Virus record (IMG/VR): IMGVR_UViG_3300022074_000050
Location: 1-55,048 of that record
Origin: a virus
Taxonomy: Duplodnaviria; Caudoviricetes
Reading direction: 5' to 3' (one strand)
DNA length: 55,048 nt
This document shows, one piece after another, positions 8,511-16,831 of the stretch; the stretch's first letter is position 1, and the number at the start of each line of letters is the position of its first letter. Under the pieces are notes generated by a model. It was not told the DNA's origin. It saw nothing but the letters and a program-made list of their open reading frames with translations, and made no database searches. Both the position numbers and the translations under genes were made by a program.

Positions 8511-9370
8511 GTAGGCTTTCTCAATATCCACGCGCAGTTGTTAGAAACTTCTGGGAAAAACGTCGCGGCAACTACTCGCAAGAACTGTTTACCGTAGCGT
8601 TCTTCGAGTAACTCGAACTGATCAGGTAGCCAACGCCACTCGCCGTCGTCGCCGTCTTTCTGCATAGCCTTCTTTAGTTTAGGCATTTGGCAAAACGTAC
8701 CGACAACCGACTGTAGTTCCCAGCCTCGTGATTCTTTCGTAAGCTCGTCTTTTAGTTCTTCGAAACCCCATTCGTAAACGTGGTCTTCGGGTAACTTGTC
8801 GTTAGAGCCGTCATGGTTAGGCGTTGAAACGTAAATCAATCCTCCTGGACGCAATACTCGGTTAGCGTCATCAAGCCATGGTGCAATAAACTCTCGGCCC
8901 ATATGTTCAATAACTTCGGTAGTCCAGAAAAAGTCTATTGATTCGTCGGGCAGGTCAAATACGGGGTTTACCGTAAGGTCTTGAATATCAATCTGTCCGT
9001 TGAAGTTAGCGAACCATGTTGAATCTTGAACGAATCCAGTAGGGCTGCTATAGCCAACCTTTTCGTTCAGGACAGCGGGGTCGATATCTACGCCGCGATA
9101 AGAGCGGATCACGTCCGACTTCTTTACGGTGTAGGCTTTATACAAATTACGCAGTACCCAAAGTTCTCCGCACCCTGCTTCGAGTACGTCGATAGGTCTG
9201 TCGCGATACTTCGCTTCTCCGATACATAGTGACGAACATTTATCGAAGCGCGTCATATGTGTAATTTCGTCAGGTCGCCAGTTGCCTAGCATATTACCGC
9301 TGGCAATATCCATGCGCGTATTTTTGCTGTCGTTAGCGTTTTCTTGAAGGGTCTTTCTAATAGAGGCCAT
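8507..9370 (-). CDS. Class I SAM-dependent methyltransferase (small-molecule type)
   Basis: VLEAGCG, GVDID, EVIEHM, RVLRPGGLIYVSTPN; no DPPY/NPPY/PC DNA-methylase motif seen. Confidence 0.9.
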   Translation of the reverse strand: MASIRKTLQENANDSKNTRMDIASGNMLGNWRPDEITHMTRFDKCSSLCIGEAKYRDRPIDVLEAGCGELWVLRNLYKAYTVKKSDVIRSYRGVDIDPAVLNEKVGYSSPTGFVQDSTWFANFNGQIDIQDLTVNPVFDLPDESIDFFWTTEVIEHMGREFIAPWLDDANRVLRPGGLIYVSTPNHDGSNDKLPEDHVYEWGFEELKDELTKESRGWELQSVVGTFCQMPKLKKAMQKDGDDGEWRWLPDQFELLEERYGKQFLRVVAATFFPEVSNNCAWILRKPT

Positions 9371-9408
9371 TAACTAATCCACCATGTTGGTTTTCTTGAA
9401 GGGTCTTT
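9338..9408. repeat. 19-bp exact direct repeat GTTTTCTTGAAGGGTCTTT (9338-9356 and 9390-9408)
   Basis: Read directly; the two copies straddle the glycosylase/methyltransferase junction. Confidence 0.9.
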
Positions 9409-9870
9409 TACCCATTTAGCGAAATAAGATTTCTCGCCTATGAGATAGTTGCGGTACGAAGCGTAAACATCTTCGCATTTATATTCATCAGGCATTGCTA
9501 ACGCAAAGCCCTCTGGATTTTTATTTGCTCGTTGTATTCGGTAGTCAGGGAAGGGTAGCCAGAACAGAGACCACAGAAGACTCGACGACTTATGTTCTTT
9601 ACCGTAGCGGTGCGTATACTCTTGACACAATTCTGAAAAGTGCCGGTATAGCCAGATATAGTTTTCTGGTGATTCACGAACCCAGATACTACACGGATGG
9701 TTTAGGTGAGCTTGTTTATACAAGTTCTCTTTTTCTGCACGTTCATTATCAAACACGCGCCACGCAGTAGATAACATCTGAGCAGATTCTAGAACCATCT
9801 TCACACAGTGTTTGTCACATTGTTCACGCGCACTTTGTACAGGACACGGGTCAGTTACAAAGATATTCAT
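9370..9870 (-). CDS. Pyrimidine-dimer DNA glycosylase (T4 DenV)-like protein
   Basis: MNIF..D..P..SA...CDKH.VKM.LESAQMLST, HLNHPC..W, EYTHRYGK.H. Confidence 0.8.
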   Translation of the reverse strand: MNIFVTDPCPVQSAREQCDKHCVKMVLESAQMLSTAWRVFDNERAEKENLYKQAHLNHPCSIWVRESPENYIWLYRHFSELCQEYTHRYGKEHKSSSLLWSLFWLPFPDYRIQRANKNPEGFALAMPDEYKCEDVYASYRNYLIGEKSYFAKWVKDPSRKPTWWIS

Positions 9871-9895
9871 TTATTTCTCCTTTCTAAGTTTTACT

Positions 9896-9924
9896 ACTTT
9901 ACCTTAGATACCTCTGAAAGTAAA
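9896..9924 (-). promoter_or_regulatory. Early promoter copy 4 (TTTACT-N17-TAAAGT), heading the modification/PolA operon
   Basis: Shared motif, followed by TAGAAAGGAG RBS. Confidence 0.75.
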
Positions 9925-9927
9925 GGA

Positions 9928-11421
9928 CTAAAGCGGGAAGTATTTTTGAGTTTGTGGCTCAATTAAAAACAAGTTCTCCTTTGCTCGGGTTAGTCCAACA
10001 TAAAACACCCGCGACTCGTCGTCAGGGTTTGATTGGTACGATTTATAAATCCTGTTCGAGATGTCGGTTAGCAGGATTACGTTTTCAGCTTCGCCTCCTT
10101 TAGCTGCATGGATAGTCGATAGCTTGATCCGTGGTTCTTTAGTTATTTTTTCTCCTCGTCTAAGCATCGCACGAATGTAGCTGCGTTCCGAAACTGAGAT
10201 TCCGTCGAACAAGTCGTACCAATATTCTTTTTTGAGGTCAGGTACGAACTGCTGCGCCTGATCGAATGAGATATTAGTATCAAAGTCGTTTCTCTCTAGG
10301 GAGATAGGTACGCGGATCTTCATATAATTTAAGACTTTGGTAAGATCTACGATTGGTATTTCGCCGCCCTGCCGTAGAGTTTCCCAATCGCGCACCGCTT
10401 TGACCTTTTTCTCAGAAACTGAGTTGCGGTTTTTACTTTTATAGAACCAGCCTTCTGACCGGCAATGTTCTTCGATCCCGTTTAGTAAGTAGTTTGTCCT
10501 AGCAAGCACTAACCACTCACCACTTTCCATGTCGATCGTTTCGTAAGACGGTTCCCACGAAACGTGTCCAGCTTCTTTACGAGGGTTCCAGCTTTTCTGT
10601 ACCCGTGAGGCCACCTGCCCGATACAGTTTTGTGCAATCTTATGTATCGAAGATGGAACGCGATAAGACTGTTTTAAAATCATCGCGTCTTTTGAATTAC
10701 GGATTAGGTAATCAACGTCGGCACCCGCCCAACGATAGATCGCCTGATCGTCATCTCCTGCAATATAAATACGATCCGCTGATTCACATAACTTACGAAC
10801 TACCGCCCACTGTAATGGCGATAGGTCTTGAGCTTCGTCTACGAACATTACATCTAACTTCGGAGCGCGTCCTCGATCTAAAAACAACTGCAACATATCG
10901 GTATAGTCGATAAGTAATCTGTCGTCTTTAAACAGTCGCAAGCCGTTCGCAAACCGCTCTAATTCAAACCAGCCAACAACGTCATCAGAGTCGTGCCACT
11001 GGGTTTCTAAATTTACCTGTCTCATTCGAGCAAGGTTTTCTATAAACAATAATCTGTCATCTTTAGAGATGCTTGAGATATGTCCCTCTTCGGAACTAAC
11101 AGAGCCAGTTAGACGCAAGTTCAACTTCTGGTTTAAATCACCAATATCTCTCGAACTCATGACGCTATCTTTCGACAGCCCTAACTGGAAAAAGCAAAGA
11201 GAATGTAAGGTTCTAAAATACGGTAACTGTCCATTCGTTATCGCGAACCTCGACATCGCCCTAGTCTTGCCTTCCTGTACCGCTTGTTTGGTAAAGGTGA
11301 AGAACCCAATGTCTTCTGGGCAAGTCCCCCGATCTAATTCTTCTTCTAATAGCCCTAGTAGTGTGCTCGTCTTCCCTGTTCCTGGAGGCCCAAGGATTAT
11401 TTGTGCATCTGACTTTAACAC
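9928..11421 (-). CDS. UvrD/Rep-like superfamily 1 helicase
   Basis: GPPGTGKT, VDEAQD, GDDDQAIY, QSYR, STIHAAKGGE, YVGLTRA. Confidence 0.93.
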   Translation of the reverse strand: MLKSDAQIILGPPGTGKTSTLLGLLEEELDRGTCPEDIGFFTFTKQAVQEGKTRAMSRFAITNGQLPYFRTLHSLCFFQLGLSKDSVMSSRDIGDLNQKLNLRLTGSVSSEEGHISSISKDDRLLFIENLARMRQVNLETQWHDSDDVVGWFELERFANGLRLFKDDRLLIDYTDMLQLFLDRGRAPKLDVMFVDEAQDLSPLQWAVVRKLCESADRIYIAGDDDQAIYRWAGADVDYLIRNSKDAMILKQSYRVPSSIHKIAQNCIGQVASRVQKSWNPRKEAGHVSWEPSYETIDMESGEWLVLARTNYLLNGIEEHCRSEGWFYKSKNRNSVSEKKVKAVRDWETLRQGGEIPIVDLTKVLNYMKIRVPISLERNDFDTNISFDQAQQFVPDLKKEYWYDLFDGISVSERSYIRAMLRRGEKITKEPRIKLSTIHAAKGGEAENVILLTDISNRIYKSYQSNPDDESRVFYVGLTRAKENLFLIEPQTQKYFPL

Positions 11422-12944
11422 TATAACGGTGAGTCGTTAAACTCAGGCAGCGAATGTGATTCGCTTTGCGCTTGGAACTCTGGTATATGCCAGACGTTAG
11501 CGCCCTTGCCCTTGATGTTAAAGAAATGCGAATCACCGCCCATATTCTTGAGCTTGGCGGTTAGCTTATTACGAGGATAATCCCTGAAGTTCTTACGGTG
11601 TAAGAAATCCATCAGGTCAGCTAAACGGAAATACGTCCTGCTTTTATCTGTCCAAGGTTTACCAAGTAGTAGCTCGTCCCGTTCCCTAGCCGGTCTTTCG
11701 GTACAAAATGTTTCTAACAACTCGTTAAAATGACCTTCTGTCGAAGCATCTTTCGGTACTTCGATAATGGTCAGCGTATCGAGAAGCTGTTGGATAATAG
11801 TGCGCCATACGTTATCCCGTACTTTCGGCGGAATAATATTGAGGCTATCCATACACTTTCGTTGGAACCGAGTCTGGTTAAGTAGCTCCTCCGTCTCTAG
11901 CTCTAGCCTGCCGCCTTCGACATCTAAGAACCAGATTGGTGGATCACTATTCTGTTTAGTCAAGTTACTAAATAAAGGCGTACCTCCTGACGCACCGATA
12001 CCGAACTTGCGTGTACGGCACAGTGGGCTGTTGCAATGACCGGCTATTGGCTGGTCGTTACATTTATAGAAGTAATCCTTTTTCTGAACTTGCTTTGCTA
12101 CCGATAACACTTCTTGCGCACTCAGAGGTGGGCTAAAGTGTTTGTGGTTTATCTGCTCTAACCGACCTTCCCAATCGTCTGGAAACTTTTTACGCAGGAA
12201 TACACCTACGTTAAACAACCCAGAGTTACGCATACCTTTCGGGAATCCTTGAGCGATTAAATGTTCTAGGCACGGAGGAGAGTGGTCGAGCCATTCCATA
12301 TCTTCTAAGATAGGAGTGACTTCGAGCTTATCCAGTTCTTCTTCAGTAAGGACAATACTTTCACAGTAATCCAAAAACTCTGTTGGAGTAAGGACGTTGC
12401 CAGTGGCCCCGAACCCGTAGCTAGTAGAGTCTTCGCCGCCAAAATACGGCATCTGTAACGGACTTCCTCTATCCCCTCGTTCTAACAATAACTTAGTCTG
12501 TTTAGGAAAAACCTCAGACTGACCAAAACCTATTGCTGCAGATATCTGTCTCAGTTTACGTTGCATCGTAGAGCAAGGTACTGGGTCAAATACAAACATA
12601 AAGATATGTGCACCACCGCTTTTAGATCGCGTAACGACCATAGGCAGCTTGAACTTCTTAATCTTTTTAGCTAACGCTTTGAGATCTAGCGGGTAATCAT
12701 CTATGTCGATAGACCCCCAAGAACACATATTATTCTCATCAATCGGTACGATACCGAGGCTTCTTTCCCCTCTTATATGCTCTGCCCAGATAGCGAATAA
12801 CTCTTTCTGGTTGAGCGTTTGTGAAATCGTTACATATTTCCCTTTCGCTTTGCCATCTTCCCGCGTTTCTTTCGTCGGGGTAAAGACACTATAACCGTGT
12901 CTCAACCCCACGAAACGGGTGGCAAACTGCTCGTGTATTGACAT
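11421..12944 (-). CDS. Archaeo-eukaryotic-type primase (prim-pol) with helical C-terminal region
   Basis: IDIDDY (DxD), RSKSGGAH, PPCL, RNSGLFN; no fused helicase motif seen. Confidence 0.82.
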   Translation of the reverse strand: MSIHEQFATRFVGLRHGYSVFTPTKETREDGKAKGKYVTISQTLNQKELFAIWAEHIRGERSLGIVPIDENNMCSWGSIDIDDYPLDLKALAKKIKKFKLPMVVTRSKSGGAHIFMFVFDPVPCSTMQRKLRQISAAIGFGQSEVFPKQTKLLLERGDRGSPLQMPYFGGEDSTSYGFGATGNVLTPTEFLDYCESIVLTEEELDKLEVTPILEDMEWLDHSPPCLEHLIAQGFPKGMRNSGLFNVGVFLRKKFPDDWEGRLEQINHKHFSPPLSAQEVLSVAKQVQKKDYFYKCNDQPIAGHCNSPLCRTRKFGIGASGGTPLFSNLTKQNSDPPIWFLDVEGGRLELETEELLNQTRFQRKCMDSLNIIPPKVRDNVWRTIIQQLLDTLTIIEVPKDASTEGHFNELLETFCTERPARERDELLLGKPWTDKSRTYFRLADLMDFLHRKNFRDYPRNKLTAKLKNMGGDSHFFNIKGKGANVWHIPEFQAQSESHSLPEFNDSPL

Positions 12945-12961
12945 TGCTCACCCTTATAAAC

Positions 12962-13759
12962 CTAAAACGGGACATCGTCTCCGTCGACTACTTCTGCCTC
13001 AGCGGAAGCTGCTGCTCCTTCCTGCTCTTGCTTTACTTCTACCGCGCCAGAACGTGCGGCTTTCATAAACTCAAGTGCAGCCATCGCCAGCGGCATCGGG
13101 GTGGGCCTGCTCTTTTCAACAGATAGTCCCATCCAGCTGTACTGGTCGTTCGACTGAGCAATCGTAGTTAGGTTGTACATATAAGAGAACATTGGTGCGG
13201 CTACTGTTTCACCTTTCGCGTTATTAACACGTGCGTTGTTCAGCATCGTATTCCAACGTCGAGAGAAACCTAACTGCGAAGACGTAAGGCTTAACAAAAC
13301 CTGCTCTGGAGAGTTTTCGTCCTGCGCTAAAATACAATAATACTCAGCAGTTTCTGCGATCTGATTACCGTTTGTCCAGATAAACCGACCGTTATCGTCT
13401 TTCTTACACTCTTTGAGGATCGAAGCGGAATGCTCGTCTGATACGAACCCGCCGCCGTTTTCCCGTGTGACCCACTCGATATACTTTTTCTTGTATGCAC
13501 AGGGGATGATCATTACGCCTTCAGTGCCGTCGTATACCGATTCGGTAACGGTATTGAAAAAGTTTCCTTCCTCAGCACCTTGGATATACTTGCCGTCGCT
13601 CTTTTTAAGCTGTGGCGACATTGATTGTAGAATCCGCAAAAACGGAATCGCATAGTCATCTGCACTCGCTTCTTCGAGTCCAGTACCTGCCGATAACAGA
13701 TCGTCATCGAAAGGAATTAAATCTGAGGACGAAACCTCAGCTACTTTCTTATCAGCCAT
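12962..13759 (-). CDS. Putative single-stranded DNA-binding protein
   Basis: IPFLRILQ.MSPQ motif, acidic tail ending DGDDVPF, replication context. Confidence 0.6.
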   Translation of the reverse strand: MADKKVAEVSSSDLIPFDDDLLSAGTGLEEASADDYAIPFLRILQSMSPQLKKSDGKYIQGAEEGNFFNTVTESVYDGTEGVMIIPCAYKKKYIEWVTRENGGGFVSDEHSASILKECKKDDNGRFIWTNGNQIAETAEYYCILAQDENSPEQVLLSLTSSQLGFSRRWNTMLNNARVNNAKGETVAAPMFSYMYNLTTIAQSNDQYSWMGLSVEKSRPTPMPLAMAALEFMKAARSGAVEVKQEQEGAAASAEAEVVDGDDVPF

Positions 13760-13770
13760 TTGAGTTACCT

Positions 13771-14352
13771 CTATTTTAGTTTGGCGCGGGATCCGACGAA
13801 TATCCCGAATAGGTCTGCAGGAAGGTCTTTCCCACTCGTCATTTGTTCTTTCACAAATGCATTAAGCGTTTGCGGATGAACACTCTCTTTAACAGCAGGG
13901 TCTAACCCTTTCTGTTTGAGACTTTGCACAGCGTCTGCAGCTTTATCCCCTTCGTCCTTACCGAACTTCAGGTTAACTTCGTGCTTAATTATGCCGCCGT
14001 GGTTATTTTGTAGGAGCCAAGCGTGCGCTTTTTCGCGGTTCTTTTCGGAGATATACCCTTTATAGAACTCGTTAATCGTTACTTTGGCACCGTTGAGTAG
14101 TTTGATCTCTTTAAGATTCGCCGCTTGCATCGCCTCGGGTAACTCCTGTTCTTCTACAACACGGAGAACTTCTTTGGCTTGCTTTAGGTCATCTTCTAAA
14201 GACGCTATCGTTTTTTGCAGTTCCTGCATTTTTGTTGCAGTAGCACTGATCTTTGCGAACTCGTTATCGAGTGTCGTTTCGTTCCATTCTTCTTGCGAAG
14301 AAGCACCTGTTAACTCCTCGAAGGATAACGGTGTATCTTTTTCATCAGACAT
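13771..14352 (-). CDS. Phage replication-region protein of unknown function (N-terminal coiled coil)
   Basis: 193 aa; ELPEAM...VHPQTLNAFVKE pattern. Confidence 0.8.
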   Translation of the reverse strand: MSDEKDTPLSFEELTGASSQEEWNETTLDNEFAKISATATKMQELQKTIASLEDDLKQAKEVLRVVEEQELPEAMQAANLKEIKLLNGAKVTINEFYKGYISEKNREKAHAWLLQNNHGGIIKHEVNLKFGKDEGDKAADAVQSLKQKGLDPAVKESVHPQTLNAFVKEQMTSGKDLPADLFGIFVGSRAKLK

Positions 14353-14680
14353 GTAATTCTCCTAATTCTTGTGACCCGCCCCTAATATCGAACGATACGG
14401 GGTAGTAAGTCATTTCTTGGCGATCCCATTTCAATACCGTAAACCGGCCATTTATTGCCGCAGCTACTGCGCAACATAGACCGATAGCGGCAGGGTCGCC
14501 AACTAGAAGTAGGTAATCGTCGTCATTGAAATCAATTAACTTGCGTTTGAGGCGTGCTACCTCTGGCCCTGTCGTAAGCATCAGGTTCGTTTTCGCTGGG
14601 AGTAGCGAAACGAGTTCCCCGTACTTAGCTGCAGGAACGAAGTTCCTTCCAGGAACATCTTGGACAATATAAACTGTCAT
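14345..14680 (-). CDS. Hypothetical phage protein
   Basis: 111 aa, AGGAG RBS; DDYLLLVGDP motif. Confidence 0.8.
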   Translation of the reverse strand: MTVYIVQDVPGRNFVPAAKYGELVSLLPAKTNLMLTTGPEVARLKRKLIDFNDDDYLLLVGDPAAIGLCCAVAAAINGRFTVLKWDRQEMTYYPVSFDIRGGSQELGELHV

Positions 14681-14706
14681 TTCTAATTTCTCCTTTATAG
14701 GGCTAT

Positions 14707-14736
14707 ACCTTACCTTAGCGGCTTTTCGTAAGTAAA
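14707..14736 (-). promoter_or_regulatory. Early promoter copy 5 (TTTACT-N18-TAAGGT)
   Basis: Shared motif at the head of the replication operon. Confidence 0.65.
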
Positions 14737-14759
14737 CCCCTATTTCCTGTATTCCCCGT

Positions 14760-14910
14760 ATTACCTATATCTAAAATAAAATTTTTTATAAAAAAATTAA
14801 CAGAAACGTCTAATAGAGTAATAGAAGTAATAGATAAGAGTCTAAACTACTGTTTTACATAAGAAACTGAGAAACAGTAAAAGTAATAGAATATATTATA
14901 TCTATTACAG
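14760..14910 (+). repeat. AT-rich element A with (G)TAATAGA repeats; inverted homologue of 54320-54465
   Basis: 14804-14838 matches the reverse complement of 54389-54423 at 32/35 nt; further unit at 14880-14890 and inverted TCTATTAC at 14901-14908. Confidence 0.85.
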
Positions 14911-14990
14911 GCTTCCTACGAATTCAGAAATTCATTTCTTTATTATTCTATTTCTATATACTTACTTATAGAACTTAGAAAGGAACAGCT

Positions 14991-16436
14991 TTGAAGTACG
15001 AATTCAAAACGCAACCGTTTGCGCATCAAAAGACGGCGTTAACCCGTTCATGGAACAAGCCAGAATACGGCTTCTTTATGGAAATGGGAACAGGTAAATC
15101 GAAAGTCCTTATAGATACGATCGGTATTTTATACGGGAAAGGCGCGATCAACGCCGCCGTTATCATTGCGCCAAAAGGCGTATATAAGAATTGGTCGACA
15201 AAAGAGATACCTGACCATATGCCAGACTATATCGACCGGCATGTCGCAGTATGGTCGCCTGCGCCTCGTAAACAGGAAAAGGCAGATCTAATAAAACTAT
15301 TCGATGTAGGCGAAGATAAACTCAAAATCTTCGTTATCAACGTCGAAGCGTTTAGTACAGCTAAGGGTGTCAAGTTTACTGAGAACTTTATCCTCGGTCA
15401 TCAAGTGCTATTCGCGGTTGACGAATCTACGACGATTAAAAACCCGAAAGCCTCACGAACCAAGGCTATTACGAAACTAGCAAAGAATACTAAGTTCCGT
15501 AGGATCCTAACCGGCTCACCAATAACCCAATCGCCGCTAGACTTGTATAGTCAAACTGAGGTACTCGGAACAAGCCTACTTGGGTACAGCTCGTTCTACT
15601 CTTTCCAAAACCACTTCGGAGAGGTCGTAAATCGCTATTTCGGGGGCCGTACCGTTAAACAGGTAGTAGGGTATAGGAACCTAGACGAACTAACGTCTAA
15701 GCTAGATACGTTCTCTTATAGGGTACTTAAAAACGACTGCCTCGACCTACCGGAAAAGTTGTATATCCGTAGAGAAGTAACCCTGACCGCGCAACAAAAG
15801 AAACTGTACACTGAACTAAAAGAACTAGCGATAACAGAACTTGAAAACCAAGAGATGGTAAGTGTTACGAATGTACTCACTCAGCTGCTCAGGTTACACC
15901 AGATTATATGCGGTCATGTAAAAAGCGATGACGGCGTAGAAACACCTATAGATAGCAACCGTATCGACGAACTTATTGAAGTTATCGGGGAGATGCAAGG
16001 TAAGGTGATTATCTGGGCAAACTACCGCCAAAATATCTTAGAGATCGTTGAAACACTACAAGGTCTATTCGGATCGGATTCGGTAGCTGCCTATTTCGGA
16101 GATACAAGTACCGATGAACGTGAACGGGTTATTAAAGATTTCCAGAACCCCGATTCACCGCTCAGGTTTTTCGTAGGTAATACGCAAACAGGTGGGTATG
16201 GTATCACTCTTACCGAAGCACAAAACGTCATCTATTACTCGAATAATTTCGACTTAGAAAAACGATTGCAATCAGAAGATAGAGCACACCGTATTGGCCA
16301 AAAGAACAACGTAACTTACGTTGACCTTGTAGCCAAAGATACGGTAGACGAAAAGATTGTAACAGCGTTGCGTAACAAACTTGACCTCGCCCAAGAAGTC
16401 TTAGGCGACGAAAAGTGGGAAAACTGGTTAAGCTAA
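14991..16436 (+). CDS. SNF2-family (SF2) helicase/ATPase
   Basis: MEMGTGKS, VDES, LTGSP, QSEDRAHRIGQ; TTG start after TAGAAAGGA; the only plus-strand gene. Confidence 0.93.
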   Translation: MKYEFKTQPFAHQKTALTRSWNKPEYGFFMEMGTGKSKVLIDTIGILYGKGAINAAVIIAPKGVYKNWSTKEIPDHMPDYIDRHVAVWSPAPRKQEKADLIKLFDVGEDKLKIFVINVEAFSTAKGVKFTENFILGHQVLFAVDESTTIKNPKASRTKAITKLAKNTKFRRILTGSPITQSPLDLYSQTEVLGTSLLGYSSFYSFQNHFGEVVNRYFGGRTVKQVVGYRNLDELTSKLDTFSYRVLKNDCLDLPEKLYIRREVTLTAQQKKLYTELKELAITELENQEMVSVTNVLTQLLRLHQIICGHVKSDDGVETPIDSNRIDELIEVIGEMQGKVIIWANYRQNILEIVETLQGLFGSDSVAAYFGDTSTDERERVIKDFQNPDSPLRFFVGNTQTGGYGITLTEAQNVIYYSNNFDLEKRLQSEDRAHRIGQKNNVTYVDLVAKDTVDEKIVTALRNKLDLAQEVLGDEKWENWLS

Positions 16437-16829
16437 TAAAGCTCGCAGTTCTGCAGCAGCCGCTTCTACAGCCGCTAACGCTTCCTCAGGTGACGCAGAA
16501 ATATCTAACGCAGATTGCGCGATACCTACTGCAAGATCTTGAGGTTGAACATCTGCCATCGGGTCTTCTTCGGGCATCATCGGTTCGTCGCCCATACCAC
16601 CCATTAGTTCAGCTAGGCGATCTTCTTCTGGAGCAGGAGCGTCAGCCATAGGAGGTGGAGGCATAGGCGCACCACCACCAGCGGGAGGCATCGGCGGCAT
16701 AGGTGCTCCCCTACCGGCGGGAGGTGGAGTTGGGGCACCACCGGCAGGGGGCAAGGGCGCAGCTGACATTTCAGCATCAGCTCTCATTTGATCTAAGCGA
16801 TTCGGCATTTCATTCATAGGGATAGCCAT
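16428..16829 (-). CDS. Pro/Met-rich hypothetical late protein
   Basis: 133 aa, last gene of the late block, converges on the SNF2 gene. Confidence 0.75.
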   Translation of the reverse strand: MAIPMNEMPNRLDQMRADAEMSAAPLPPAGGAPTPPPAGRGAPMPPMPPAGGGAPMPPPPMADAPAPEEDRLAELMGGMGDEPMMPEEDPMADVQPQDLAVGIAQSALDISASPEEALAAVEAAAAELRALLA

Positions 16830-16831
16830 TA

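Noticed and set aside
8507-9370. Methyltransferase as an ordinary DNA adenine or cytosine methylase
   Set aside because: Lacks (D/N)PPY and PC catalytic motifs; the pattern is that of small-molecule class I enzymes
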